DNA of 58,994 bases from Candidatus Komeilibacteria bacterium (GCA_030688315.1 JAUYIT010000017.1:68845-127838), one strand, 5' to 3'; counted from the first letter of the stretch, positions 25,664-33,205 are shown. Notes: generated by a model not told the origin, from the letters alone. Numbers and translations: made by a program.

Positions 25664-27190
25664 TTAATTGAGGGTAGAAGTTGAAGTTGTAGCTGAATCG
25701 GGCAAAATATCCAAAACCGGCGCTGGCGCGGTTTGTTTAAGTCCGGATAAATCAATCGGCTCCAAGGCCGGGCCCGTTAACAGCATTTCTACGGCTACCT
25801 GATTTGTTTCTACAACATCGGACCAGCTATAACCGCGGGAAACAAAGGCCTGTTCGCTGGCAATCGGCAGTTTTTTGCCTCCGGAAACAAAGTAAACTAT
25901 TTCGCTGTCTCTGGATTTAATCAAAGTACCTTCTTTAAATTTAATTGCTTCGCCTTTAGGATATTTTTCCAGTTCCTCGGGCCGAGCCGATAAGATTTTC
26001 CTATCCGGATAATTGACTCTTAATATTTCCGGCGCCATGATGGGGAATTTTTCACCCGCTTGGACCCAGTAAACTCCGCCGGTAGAGCTGTCGGTAATTA
26101 GAGCGCCGGTGGGATAACTGGAACTTATGGTAATGGGCCGTCCGATTTTTAAACCGGCTAAATCGGCGGAGCTAACGGTTTCTACTTCTTCCGGATTAAA
26201 ACCCAAGGTTCTAAAAACTTCCATATCGGCAATTTGCCTTAAAGTATCGTCAACCAGTAGAAAAATTTTACCCTCGTCGTTAGCTAGCAGGGAATATTGC
26301 GAGAACTTAATTGGATCGCCTAATTGATACTGATCAAGTTCATTCTGGCCGACGATCATGATCTTTTTTGGATCATAGCGGGTAGCCAGGGCGCTAAAGT
26401 TGGCAAACGGTCTTTTTTTACCGTTCTGAATCAAATAGACCACGTCGCTGCCCGCGGTTTTAAGCAAAGTGCTGGTGGGCCGCAAAGTGAGCTGGTTAAA
26501 CCACCTGTCCCAAATTTTCCAAAAATTATAATTGGCGCCCACCCGTCCCTGCTTGGTAATGGTGCCGCCCTGATATGGATTATAAGTATACAATGCAGCC
26601 GTGATTTTATTTTCCGGAATAATCAACTGTTCGTCTTGTGTCATTTTAGCCACGCCCACGCACCACTTAGTAAAGGTGCAGTAAAAATTGGCCGTGTATT
26701 TGCCTTTGATTTTTAAATCGCTCAAATAGCTGTTAACAATTTTATTGGCCATGGCTTGAATCTGCTTGGCAAAGCCCTTGTAAACATCCAAACAAACACC
26801 TCCGTAACAGCTGTAACCAACGGCCCAGTTATACTGATTTTCGGTCGGCGAATCATCAGTGATCAATGATTGCTCCTTTTGCAGCATAATCATAATGAAC
26901 TTGGGATTGATCCGGTATTCCTGCGCCGTGTTCCAAATCAACCAAAAGGCCGGCTGTTGCGTAGAGGGATCAACATAACGGCCTAACGTTCCACCCTGAT
27001 CATCCAAAAACCGCTTGATTTCTTCCAAAGTGAGAGAGTTATAATCATTAATAAAAGTATCGTCAATAATGCGATTGGGGTTGAATTGCGGATTTAAAGT
27101 TTCATAATAAGTCACCTGGGCAAGTGACGCTGCAGGTGAAAATAAAATTGAAATTATGCTAATAAACGAGAGGATTTTTTTTATTTTCAT
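25664..27190 (-). CDS. secreted protein with four tandem ~55-aa repeats
   Basis: Signal peptide MKIKKILSFISIISILFSPAASLAQ. The C-terminal half has 4 repeats of the pattern VY.(I/V)..GKK.PI......F...GY......V....L...(P/L)G..I. Confidence 0.7.
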   Translation of the reverse strand: MKIKKILSFISIISILFSPAASLAQVTYYETLNPQFNPNRIIDDTFINDYNSLTLEEIKRFLDDQGGTLGRYVDPSTQQPAFWLIWNTAQEYRINPKFIMIMLQKEQSLITDDSPTENQYNWAVGYSCYGGVCLDVYKGFAKQIQAMANKIVNSYLSDLKIKGKYTANFYCTFTKWCVGVAKMTQDEQLIIPENKITAALYTYNPYQGGTITKQGRVGANYNFWKIWDRWFNQLTLRPTSTLLKTAGSDVVYLIQNGKKRPFANFSALATRYDPKKIMIVGQNELDQYQLGDPIKFSQYSLLANDEGKIFLLVDDTLRQIADMEVFRTLGFNPEEVETVSSADLAGLKIGRPITISSSYPTGALITDSSTGGVYWVQAGEKFPIMAPEILRVNYPDRKILSARPEELEKYPKGEAIKFKEGTLIKSRDSEIVYFVSGGKKLPIASEQAFVSRGYSWSDVVETNQVAVEMLLTGPALEPIDLSGLKQTAPAPVLDILPDSATTSTSTLN

Positions 27191-27237
27191 ATTAAAACAA
27201 TTATAACATTTTTGGTGATATCGCTCAAGGCAAAAGG

Positions 27238-27266
27238 TTGAAAAAAAATGCCGAAAATGCTAAGAT
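27238..27266 (+). promoter_or_regulatory. putative sigma70-type promoter
   Basis: TTGAAA (27238-27243), 17-nt spacer, TAAGAT (27261-27266), upstream of the 27293 ORF. Confidence 0.4.
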
Positions 27267-27292
27267 AACCTAAATAATTAACTGTTTAAAAC

Positions 27293-27682
27293 ATGGAAGA
27301 ATTTAATCAAATTCCCAACGCCCCCGCCTTAAACAGACCGGAGAGCCGGGAATCGGGGATTGACCGCTTTTTTAACGGCCATCTGGCAACAACTGAATTT
27401 AACAAAAGGAAACGCGATTCAGACCTGGCCTTTAGCAGTTTTATACAAATGGTTTCGCATATTCATAAATGGAATTTAACCGAGGCGGAAATGAATTCCA
27501 GTTTAGCGGAGCTAGCCCGGCAGCAAGCCGAATTTCATTTGGATTGCGCGCGACGGTTAAAAGGATGTAATGGACAATTGACAGAATTAAAAAGAGTAAA
27601 GCAATGCTTAAATGAAGGCGGACTGACGGCTGAAGATATTAATATGACAGTAGAAGAAATTAACAAGCTGGAAAAACTGTAG
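27293..27682 (+). CDS. hypothetical protein
   Basis: 129-aa ORF, 1 nt before the tagA-like start. No family recognised. Confidence 0.5.
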   Translation: MEEFNQIPNAPALNRPESRESGIDRFFNGHLATTEFNKRKRDSDLAFSSFIQMVSHIHKWNLTEAEMNSSLAELARQQAEFHLDCARRLKGCNGQLTELKRVKQCLNEGGLTAEDINMTVEEINKLEKL

Positions 27683-27683
27683 C

Positions 27684-28517
27684 ATGAATAAAGTTAACAT
27701 CCTTGGCGTAAAAATTGACAAAGTGACGCAAGTACGGGTTTTAGAAAAACTTGATTCTTTTTTAGGTCAACAAATTATTACGGCCAACCCGGAAATAGTT
27801 TTAGCGGCTTGGCAAAATCAAGAGTATCGGGATTTGATCAACAACTCCGAATTAGTCGTGGCTGACGGCATTGGTTTATTATGGGCCGCCAAATTTTTAT
27901 CTTTGCCAAGCGATCATTTGTTGACCTCATTAATTCAAACGATGGTCTCAGGCGCCAGTCTGGTTTTTGCGCCGGATTATTGCAAAGAGGTTTTGCCGGA
28001 ACGAATTTCCGGCGTAGACCTAATGGAAAAAATCTGCGAACTCGCTTCACAAAAAAATTGGAAAATATATCTATTGGGCGCACAAGAGGGAATCGCCGCC
28101 AAAACCGCCGAGGTTTTAAAAAATAAATATTTAAATTTAAATATCGTGGGCGCGGAAGCGGGTGGTGAAATTCCAAGCACCAATTTCCAAGATACAAATA
28201 ATTTCCAAATTACAATATCAAAAATAGAAGAAACACAACCGGATATCTTATTTGTGGCCATGGGTTCACCTAAGCAGGATTTTATGGCTAAAGAAATTTT
28301 GCGGCGCGCGCCGTGGCTTAAACTGGCCATGGGAGTTGGCGGTGCCTTTGATTTTATCAGCGGTAAAACCCGGCGCGCGCCGGTTATTTATCAGGATATC
28401 GGCATTGAATGGCTGTGGCGTTTATTTACCCAACCCTGGCGCTTTTTTAGAACCTTCAACGCCACTGTCAGATTCATCTGGAATGTGATAAAATTCAAGC
28501 AACTTTATATCAAATAA
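27684..28517 (+). CDS. tagA: WecB/TagA/CpsF-family glycosyltransferase (N-acetylmannosaminyltransferase-like)
   Basis: ILGVKIDKVT, ITANPEIV, VVADGIGLLWAAKF, FVAMGSPKQDFM, GVGGAFDFISGKTRRAP, GIEWLWRL are collinear with the GT26 family. Confidence 0.85.
   Translation: MNKVNILGVKIDKVTQVRVLEKLDSFLGQQIITANPEIVLAAWQNQEYRDLINNSELVVADGIGLLWAAKFLSLPSDHLLTSLIQTMVSGASLVFAPDYCKEVLPERISGVDLMEKICELASQKNWKIYLLGAQEGIAAKTAEVLKNKYLNLNIVGAEAGGEIPSTNFQDTNNFQITISKIEETQPDILFVAMGSPKQDFMAKEILRRAPWLKLAMGVGGAFDFISGKTRRAPVIYQDIGIEWLWRLFTQPWRFFRTFNATVRFIWNVIKFKQLYIK
28169..28217. repeat. AATTTCCAA-type short repeat cluster inside tagA
   Basis: AATTCCAAGCACCAATTTCCAAGATACAAATAATTTCCAAATTACAATA, translated EIPSTNFQDTNNFQITI. 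Shares a 12-mer with gltX and a 13-mer with the rpmJ-rpsM spacer. Confidence 0.6.
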
Positions 28518-28530
28518 AGCATAAAGATAT

Positions 28531-29511
28531 ATGTGTCCAAGAGAATTTATAAGCCATGATGGTAGTCCAATGCCTGAAAGCAAACGCCTCAAAACCGAGC
28601 AAACGTATATCGATTCTGGAGTAGAAGAGTATGCCGACCTTGAAACATCCGATGAAAAACGTGATCAATATTATTCATTAATAAAAAATGCGTTTAGCAA
28701 AATCGATTTAAATAAAGTTCGCTACATTTTTGAAAAAATCGGGGAACGCTGCGGAATTAAGGCAAAAGATCTTAATTTTTTAAAACTTGATCGGATAACT
28801 TTGACTCTCAATAATAAAACGCAGGAAGGGGGAGATCTTTTGGGTATTTACCATCCTTTATCAAATCGTATTGCCTTGAGTGCCAGGGGCATACTTAAGG
28901 ATGCCTGGGTTCTAACTGACCATCCCAAAGAAGAAAAAGGTATAGTCATTAATAGAGACGCGCTAGAAATATCAACTTTGGCTAAATTTATACATGAACA
29001 AATACACGCAATTTCGTATACTCGAATTGAGGAATCGAATGAAAATGCTTCTATTGAAAAAAATAATATCTTTATTCAAATTTTAAACTTTGTACGTGAA
29101 CAGCCCGCGAGTCTTTTTAAGAGTGTTAAAAGTGGATATGCTGAAAATAAATCTGAAAATAACGTACCAAAAGGCGAGGTTAAATATACAAAAAATTATG
29201 AAGTTTTTGATGAAGCAGTAACAGAAAAATTAAGCCTTGAAATACTGCGAGAATACTTACAACAAGTTAGTTTAGAAAATTTAAAACATAATCAAATTGA
29301 AAATTTTATTGACCGACTGGAAAAAGAATCTCATTACAGTGAATATATAAAATTATTAAACTACATTATTGAATCAATTAGTAGAACAACAAAAATTAGC
29401 GAACGTGATGTATGGCAGGCAATTGTTAGGGGAAAGTTAGAAGGTGTAAACATGGATGACCCGGAAATTAAAGAATTTTATTGGCAAATCTCGGATCAAA
29501 AAAATATATAA
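28531..29511 (+). CDS. hypothetical protein with HExxH motif (possible zinc metallopeptidase)
   Basis: 326-aa ORF in a visibly AT-richer stretch. Single FIHEQIHAIS HExxH motif. No SD. An alternative start exists at 28570. Confidence 0.5.
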   Translation: MCPREFISHDGSPMPESKRLKTEQTYIDSGVEEYADLETSDEKRDQYYSLIKNAFSKIDLNKVRYIFEKIGERCGIKAKDLNFLKLDRITLTLNNKTQEGGDLLGIYHPLSNRIALSARGILKDAWVLTDHPKEEKGIVINRDALEISTLAKFIHEQIHAISYTRIEESNENASIEKNNIFIQILNFVREQPASLFKSVKSGYAENKSENNVPKGEVKYTKNYEVFDEAVTEKLSLEILREYLQQVSLENLKHNQIENFIDRLEKESHYSEYIKLLNYIIESISRTTKISERDVWQAIVRGKLEGVNMDDPEIKEFYWQISDQKNI

Positions 29512-29535
29512 TCTCATTACTTAACAATATAACAA

Positions 29536-29560
29536 ATGATTAAAACTCGTTTTGCGCCAT
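29536..29560 (+). repeat. duplicated copy of the gltX 5' end (left direct repeat flanking the TA cassette)
   Basis: ATGATTAAAACTCGTTTTGCGCCAT versus the gltX start ATGATCAAAACACGTTTTGCGCCAT (30224-30248): 23 of 25 identical. The copy runs straight into TGA. Confidence 0.7.
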
Positions 29561-29575
29561 GATGAGTTGTTGCCA

Positions 29576-29619
29576 GAATCGTATCATTATGATACGATTC
29601 AACTATTAAAATGATACGA
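29576..29619. promoter_or_regulatory. candidate operator: three ATGATACGA half-sites
   Basis: Palindrome GAATCGTATCAT-T-ATGATACGATTC (29576-29600) plus a third ATGATACGA at 29611-29619, immediately upstream of the TA promoter. Confidence 0.45.
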
Positions 29620-29632
29620 AAATAATTACTGC

Positions 29633-29661
29633 TTGACAAACTTATTACTATTGTATATACT
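29633..29661 (+). promoter_or_regulatory. putative sigma70-type promoter of the TA cassette
   Basis: TTGACA (29633-29638), 17-nt spacer, TATACT (29656-29661), 28 nt upstream of ATG 29690. Confidence 0.55.
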
Positions 29662-29689
29662 TTAGTTATAAGTGTTAAATGTTAAAATT

Positions 29690-29956
29690 ATGAAAACTTT
29701 AATCAGCGTTAAAATAGACAAGGACATTAAAACCAAGGCGCAAACCCTGACCCAGGAATTAGGCATACCTTTAAGCACCTTGGTTAACGCTTACTTAAGG
29801 CAGTTTGTGCGGGAGAAGAAGGCGGTTTTTACCTCGGCTTGGCAAATGTCGCCGGAGCTGGAAAAAATGCTGGGACCGATTGAAAATGACATCAGACGCG
29901 GCCGCAACATCAGCCGGACAATTACATCGATTCATGAGTTGGATAGGGTATTATGA
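29690..29956 (+). CDS. type II antitoxin, RelB/DinJ-like (ribbon-helix-helix)
   Basis: MKTLISVKIDKDIKTKAQTLTQELGIPLSTLVNAYLRQF is a typical RHH antitoxin N-terminus. 4-nt ATGA overlap with the toxin gene. ATG 29690 preferred to the track's GTG 29672. Confidence 0.75.
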   Translation: MKTLISVKIDKDIKTKAQTLTQELGIPLSTLVNAYLRQFVREKKAVFTSAWQMSPELEKMLGPIENDIRRGRNISRTITSIHELDRVL

Positions 29957-30222
29957 AAATCTCTTTTCATAAAAACTTTATTAAACAATTAAAAAAACTG
30001 TCAGTTAAAGAACGGCAACAGACTAAGGAGCGACTGGCTTTGTTTTTGGAAAGCCCATTTCATGAACAATTAAATAATCATCCTCTTAAAGGAAAATATT
30101 TGGGCTTTAGAAGTATAAACATTAAAGGCGATTTAAGAGCTGTTTATAAAAGCATTAGCGAAAGCGATCAAGAATGTATTTTTGTTTTAATAGGAAATCA
30201 TAGCCAACTTTATAGCAACTAA
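29953..30222 (+). CDS. type II toxin, RelE/YafQ/ParE superfamily mRNA interferase
   Basis: 89 aa. LNNHPLKGKYLGFRSINIKGDLRAVY...LIGNHSQLY matches the RelE/YafQ pattern. Paired with the upstream antitoxin. Confidence 0.8.
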   Translation: MKISFHKNFIKQLKKLSVKERQQTKERLALFLESPFHEQLNNHPLKGKYLGFRSINIKGDLRAVYKSISESDQECIFVLIGNHSQLYSN

Positions 30223-30223
30223 A

Positions 30224-31675
30224 ATGATCAAAACACGTTTTGCGCCATCACCGACCGGTTACCTGCACATTGGAGGTTTGCGGACGGCCTTATACAATTA
30301 TCTTTACGCCAAACAAAATGGCGGGGTTTTTGCTTTAAGAATTGAAGATACCGATCAAAAAAGGGAAGTGGCCGGCGCGGTGGAATCCCTCATTTTAACC
30401 CTGCAAAAAATGGGTCTGGATTGGGATGAGGGTCCGATGATGGATAAAGACCTTAATTTGACCGAAAAGGGCCAAAATGGGCCATATTTGCAGTCAAAAC
30501 GACTCAAAATTTACCAGGAATACGCCCAAAAGCTAATAGATTCAAAAAACGCCTATTTTTGCGATTGTACGCCCGAAAGATTGGATAAATTACGACAAGA
30601 ACAGGAAGCCCAAAAACTGGCGCCAAGATATGATGGCCATTGCAGAGATAAAGCTCCAATTTCCAAGCTCCAATTTCCAGATAAACCATACGTCATCAGA
30701 CTTAGAGTTCCTGAGAATAGGGAAGTGGTGTTTAACGATTTAATCCGCGGTGAAGTCAAATTTAAAACTTCTGAAATTGACGATCAGGTGTTAATTAAGT
30801 CCGACGGTTTTCCCACCTATCATTTAGCCAACGTGGTGGATGATCATTTGATGGCAGTCACTCATGTGATTCGGGGAGAGGAATGGCTTTCGTCCACACC
30901 CAAACATATTTTGCTTTATGAAGCGTTTGGCTGGACGTTGCCGCAATTTTCACACTTGCCCTTGTTGTTAAACCCGGATAAATCAAAATTATCCAAACGC
31001 CAAGGCGACGTGGCGGTGGAAGATTATCTGGCCAAGGGCTATTTGCCCGAAGCGCTGATTAATTATGTGGCCTTGCTCGGCTGGCATCCTAGTGATGATC
31101 AGGAAATTTTTTCTTTAAACGAGTTGGTCAAAAGTTTTGATTTATGCAAGGTCCAAAAAGCCGGAGCGGTGTTTGATGTTAATAAACTCAACTGGTTTAA
31201 CTGCTATTACATCAAACAATTGCCGGAAGACGAGTTATTAAAAAGATGCGCGGAGTTTTTACCTAATGTTGATAAAGATAAATTGCTGAAAATTTTAAAA
31301 GTTGAAAAAGACCGTTTGAATAATCTATCCGAAATAGGGGAGAAGGTAAAAATGTTTTTGGAACTGCCGGATTATGACGGCAAGATTCTGATTTTTAAAA
31401 AATCAACCAAGGAAACAACCGTAACAGGTTTAAAGTTGGCATTAGCCGTTTTGGAAAATGTTCCCGAGAATGAATGGCAAAAAGAAAACTTGAATCAAAT
31501 TTTATCTAAGGTCGTAACCGAGAACAGTTTGACCAACGGCGATGTTTTTTGGCCAGTCCGCGTGGCCGTTTCCGGTGCCGAAAAAAGCCCTAGTCCGGAA
31601 GAGATTATGGATGTTTTGGGTAAGGAAGAAAGTTTGGCAAGAATCAAAACCGCGATTGACAGGCTGAATAAATAA
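30224..31675 (+). CDS. gltX: glutamate--tRNA ligase
   Basis: PSPTGYLHIGGLRTAL (HIGH) and KLSKRQG (KMSKS) class I motifs. Overall GluRS layout. Confidence 0.95.
   Translation: MIKTRFAPSPTGYLHIGGLRTALYNYLYAKQNGGVFALRIEDTDQKREVAGAVESLILTLQKMGLDWDEGPMMDKDLNLTEKGQNGPYLQSKRLKIYQEYAQKLIDSKNAYFCDCTPERLDKLRQEQEAQKLAPRYDGHCRDKAPISKLQFPDKPYVIRLRVPENREVVFNDLIRGEVKFKTSEIDDQVLIKSDGFPTYHLANVVDDHLMAVTHVIRGEEWLSSTPKHILLYEAFGWTLPQFSHLPLLLNPDKSKLSKRQGDVAVEDYLAKGYLPEALINYVALLGWHPSDDQEIFSLNELVKSFDLCKVQKAGAVFDVNKLNWFNCYYIKQLPEDELLKRCAEFLPNVDKDKLLKILKVEKDRLNNLSEIGEKVKMFLELPDYDGKILIFKKSTKETTVTGLKLALAVLENVPENEWQKENLNQILSKVVTENSLTNGDVFWPVRVAVSGAEKSPSPEEIMDVLGKEESLARIKTAIDRLNK
30651..30678 (+). repeat. perfect 14-nt tandem duplication inside gltX
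   Basis: AAGCTCCAATTTCC AAGCTCCAATTTCC, read in two different frames as (K)APIS-KLQFP. Confidence 0.9.
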
Positions 31676-31741
31676 ACCTACTATAAAGTAAATAGTTCAC
31701 AAAATTTACAAACAGAACTCATCTAAGATCCTGGAGGTAAA

Positions 31742-31810
31742 ATGGGTGCAGTCGTCTTGTTATTAATTGTTCTAGGCATACTTGCTTACTGCTTGTGTGA
31801 CACGGACTAA
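31742..31810 (+). CDS. candidate 22-aa hydrophobic peptide
   Basis: GGAGG (31733-31737) 4 nt before the ATG. Encodes MGAVVLLLIVLGILAYCLCDTD. TAA is followed 6 nt later by a strong terminator. Confidence 0.4.
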   Translation: MGAVVLLLIVLGILAYCLCDTD

Positions 31811-31816
31811 CCAAAC

Positions 31817-31846
31817 AAACTCATCCCGCGTGATGAGTTTTTTTTA
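31817..31846 (+). terminator. intrinsic terminator (gltX / small ORF transcript)
   Basis: AAACTCATC-CCGCGT-GATGAGTTT hairpin followed by a T-run. Confidence 0.7.
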
Positions 31847-31878
31847 TTGTTAAAAACATGCTATAATAAACAACGTAA

Positions 31879-33129
31879 ATGCATAAAATACTCAATAAAA
31901 AGAAAATTATTGTAATCCTAGCGATATTTGTCGTCGCTAATTTTTTATTGCCCAAAACGGCATTTTTGGCCTTGGATGGTAATTTAGCCGAGCAATTAGA
32001 CCCGGAAGTGGCCCGTTTAAAAGGGGAAATTGACCAATATCAAAAACAATTGAGCGAACTGGATAAACAACGGCAAACTTACGAAAATTCTATCAGAGCC
32101 AAACAACAGGAAATAACCAATTTAAAAAATCAAACCGAAATTTTGGATGATTCCATTGCTAAACTGGCCTTGGAAGTCCAACAAAGCGAGCTGGAAATCC
32201 AAAAAGCCCAGCTGGAGATTGAAAATAACCAATTGGAAATCAAGCATAAAGAAAATGAAATCAACGGTCAAAAAGATCAAATTGGCGAAGTTGTCAGATC
32301 CATTGACCAAAGCCAACGCGGTGAAAATTATCTTGAAATTCTGATTTTAAACGGCAATATCGGCAACTTTTTTAAGGAAGTCAATGAACTACAAGTTTTA
32401 CAGCAAGGACTGGTTAATAAATTAGATACCTTGAATGAACTAAAGTCGGATTTGGATCAAAAAAAGCAGTCGTTGGAAAACCGTAAAGGCCTGTTGGTTA
32501 AACTGCGCGATTCCTTAAACAATAAAAACGACCTACTGGAACAGGATAAAAACGTCAAAATAAATATTTTGAGCAAATCCAAAGGACAGGAAGCTGAATT
32601 TCAAAAACTATTGGCTGAAGTTAAAGCCGAACAGGCCGCTATTAATTCCGACATTCAGAATTTGGAACTGGAAGCGCGCAAAAAACTGCAGGCCAAAGGT
32701 CAGTTGCCGACCGATGAAACCGGTTTTATCTGGCCGGTGCCTTCCAGAGTGGTTACCGCCTACTTTCACGACCCGCGCTATCCATACCGTTTTGTTTTTG
32801 AACACCCGGCCATTGATATCGGCAAAACACCGCAAGGCACGCCTTTTAGGGCGATTAAGTCCGGGTATGTGGCTAGGTCCAAGTTAAATGGAACATCCTA
32901 CGGCTATATTCTATTAGTGCACGCCGGAGGCCTGTCATCGGTTTATGGCCACATGAGCAAATCATACGTCAATGAAGGCGACTACGTTATCCAGGGACAG
33001 GTCATCGGCTTAACCGGCGGCAGACCCGGATCCACCGGGGCGGGCAATTTAACCACCGGCCCTCATTTGCATTTGGAAATCCGCTTAAATGGTATTCCGG
33101 TTGATCCGTTGCAGTATTTACCCAACTAA
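31879..33129 (+). CDS. M23-family metallopeptidase with N-terminal coiled coil (EnvC-like)
   Basis: Signal/TM N-terminus, long Q/E/K/L-rich coiled coil, then a C-terminal LytM domain: FEHPAIDIG, LLVHAGGLSSVYGHMS, GPHLHLEIRLNG. Confidence 0.85.
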   Translation: MHKILNKKKIIVILAIFVVANFLLPKTAFLALDGNLAEQLDPEVARLKGEIDQYQKQLSELDKQRQTYENSIRAKQQEITNLKNQTEILDDSIAKLALEVQQSELEIQKAQLEIENNQLEIKHKENEINGQKDQIGEVVRSIDQSQRGENYLEILILNGNIGNFFKEVNELQVLQQGLVNKLDTLNELKSDLDQKKQSLENRKGLLVKLRDSLNNKNDLLEQDKNVKINILSKSKGQEAEFQKLLAEVKAEQAAINSDIQNLELEARKKLQAKGQLPTDETGFIWPVPSRVVTAYFHDPRYPYRFVFEHPAIDIGKTPQGTPFRAIKSGYVARSKLNGTSYGYILLVHAGGLSSVYGHMSKSYVNEGDYVIQGQVIGLTGGRPGSTGAGNLTTGPHLHLEIRLNGIPVDPLQYLPN

Positions 33130-33175
33130 ACAAAGGATGTCGCTAAATTTTGCGACACCAAAAATTCATCATAAA

Positions 33176-33205
33176 CAAAAAACAGGGGAGGATACCCTGT
33201 TTTTT
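33176..33205. terminator. bidirectional intrinsic terminator
   Basis: ACAGGG-GAGGATA-CCCTGT hairpin (33182-33200) with an A-run upstream and TTTTT downstream. Sits between convergent genes. Confidence 0.55.

Noticed and set aside
28952-28962. The 11-mer TAGAGACGCGC inside the HExxH gene matches one arm of the fmt palindrome.
   Set aside because: It is a single half-site with no inverted partner nearby. I cannot distinguish it from chance without a genome-wide count.
28520-30223. Whether the low-GC islet is a bona fide mobile element (IS, integron cassette or prophage remnant).
   Set aside because: There is no transposase, integrase, attC-like site or terminal inverted repeats. Only the 25-bp gltX direct repeat supports mobility, so it is reported as a finding and not called as a mobile_element feature.
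33138-33157. Hairpin TGTCGC-TAAATTTT-GCGACA just after the M23 peptidase stop, as a possible terminator.
   Set aside because: It has only a 6-bp stem and no following U-run. The stronger ACAGGG/CCCTGT hairpin with flanking A and T runs 25 nt downstream is the more plausible terminator.
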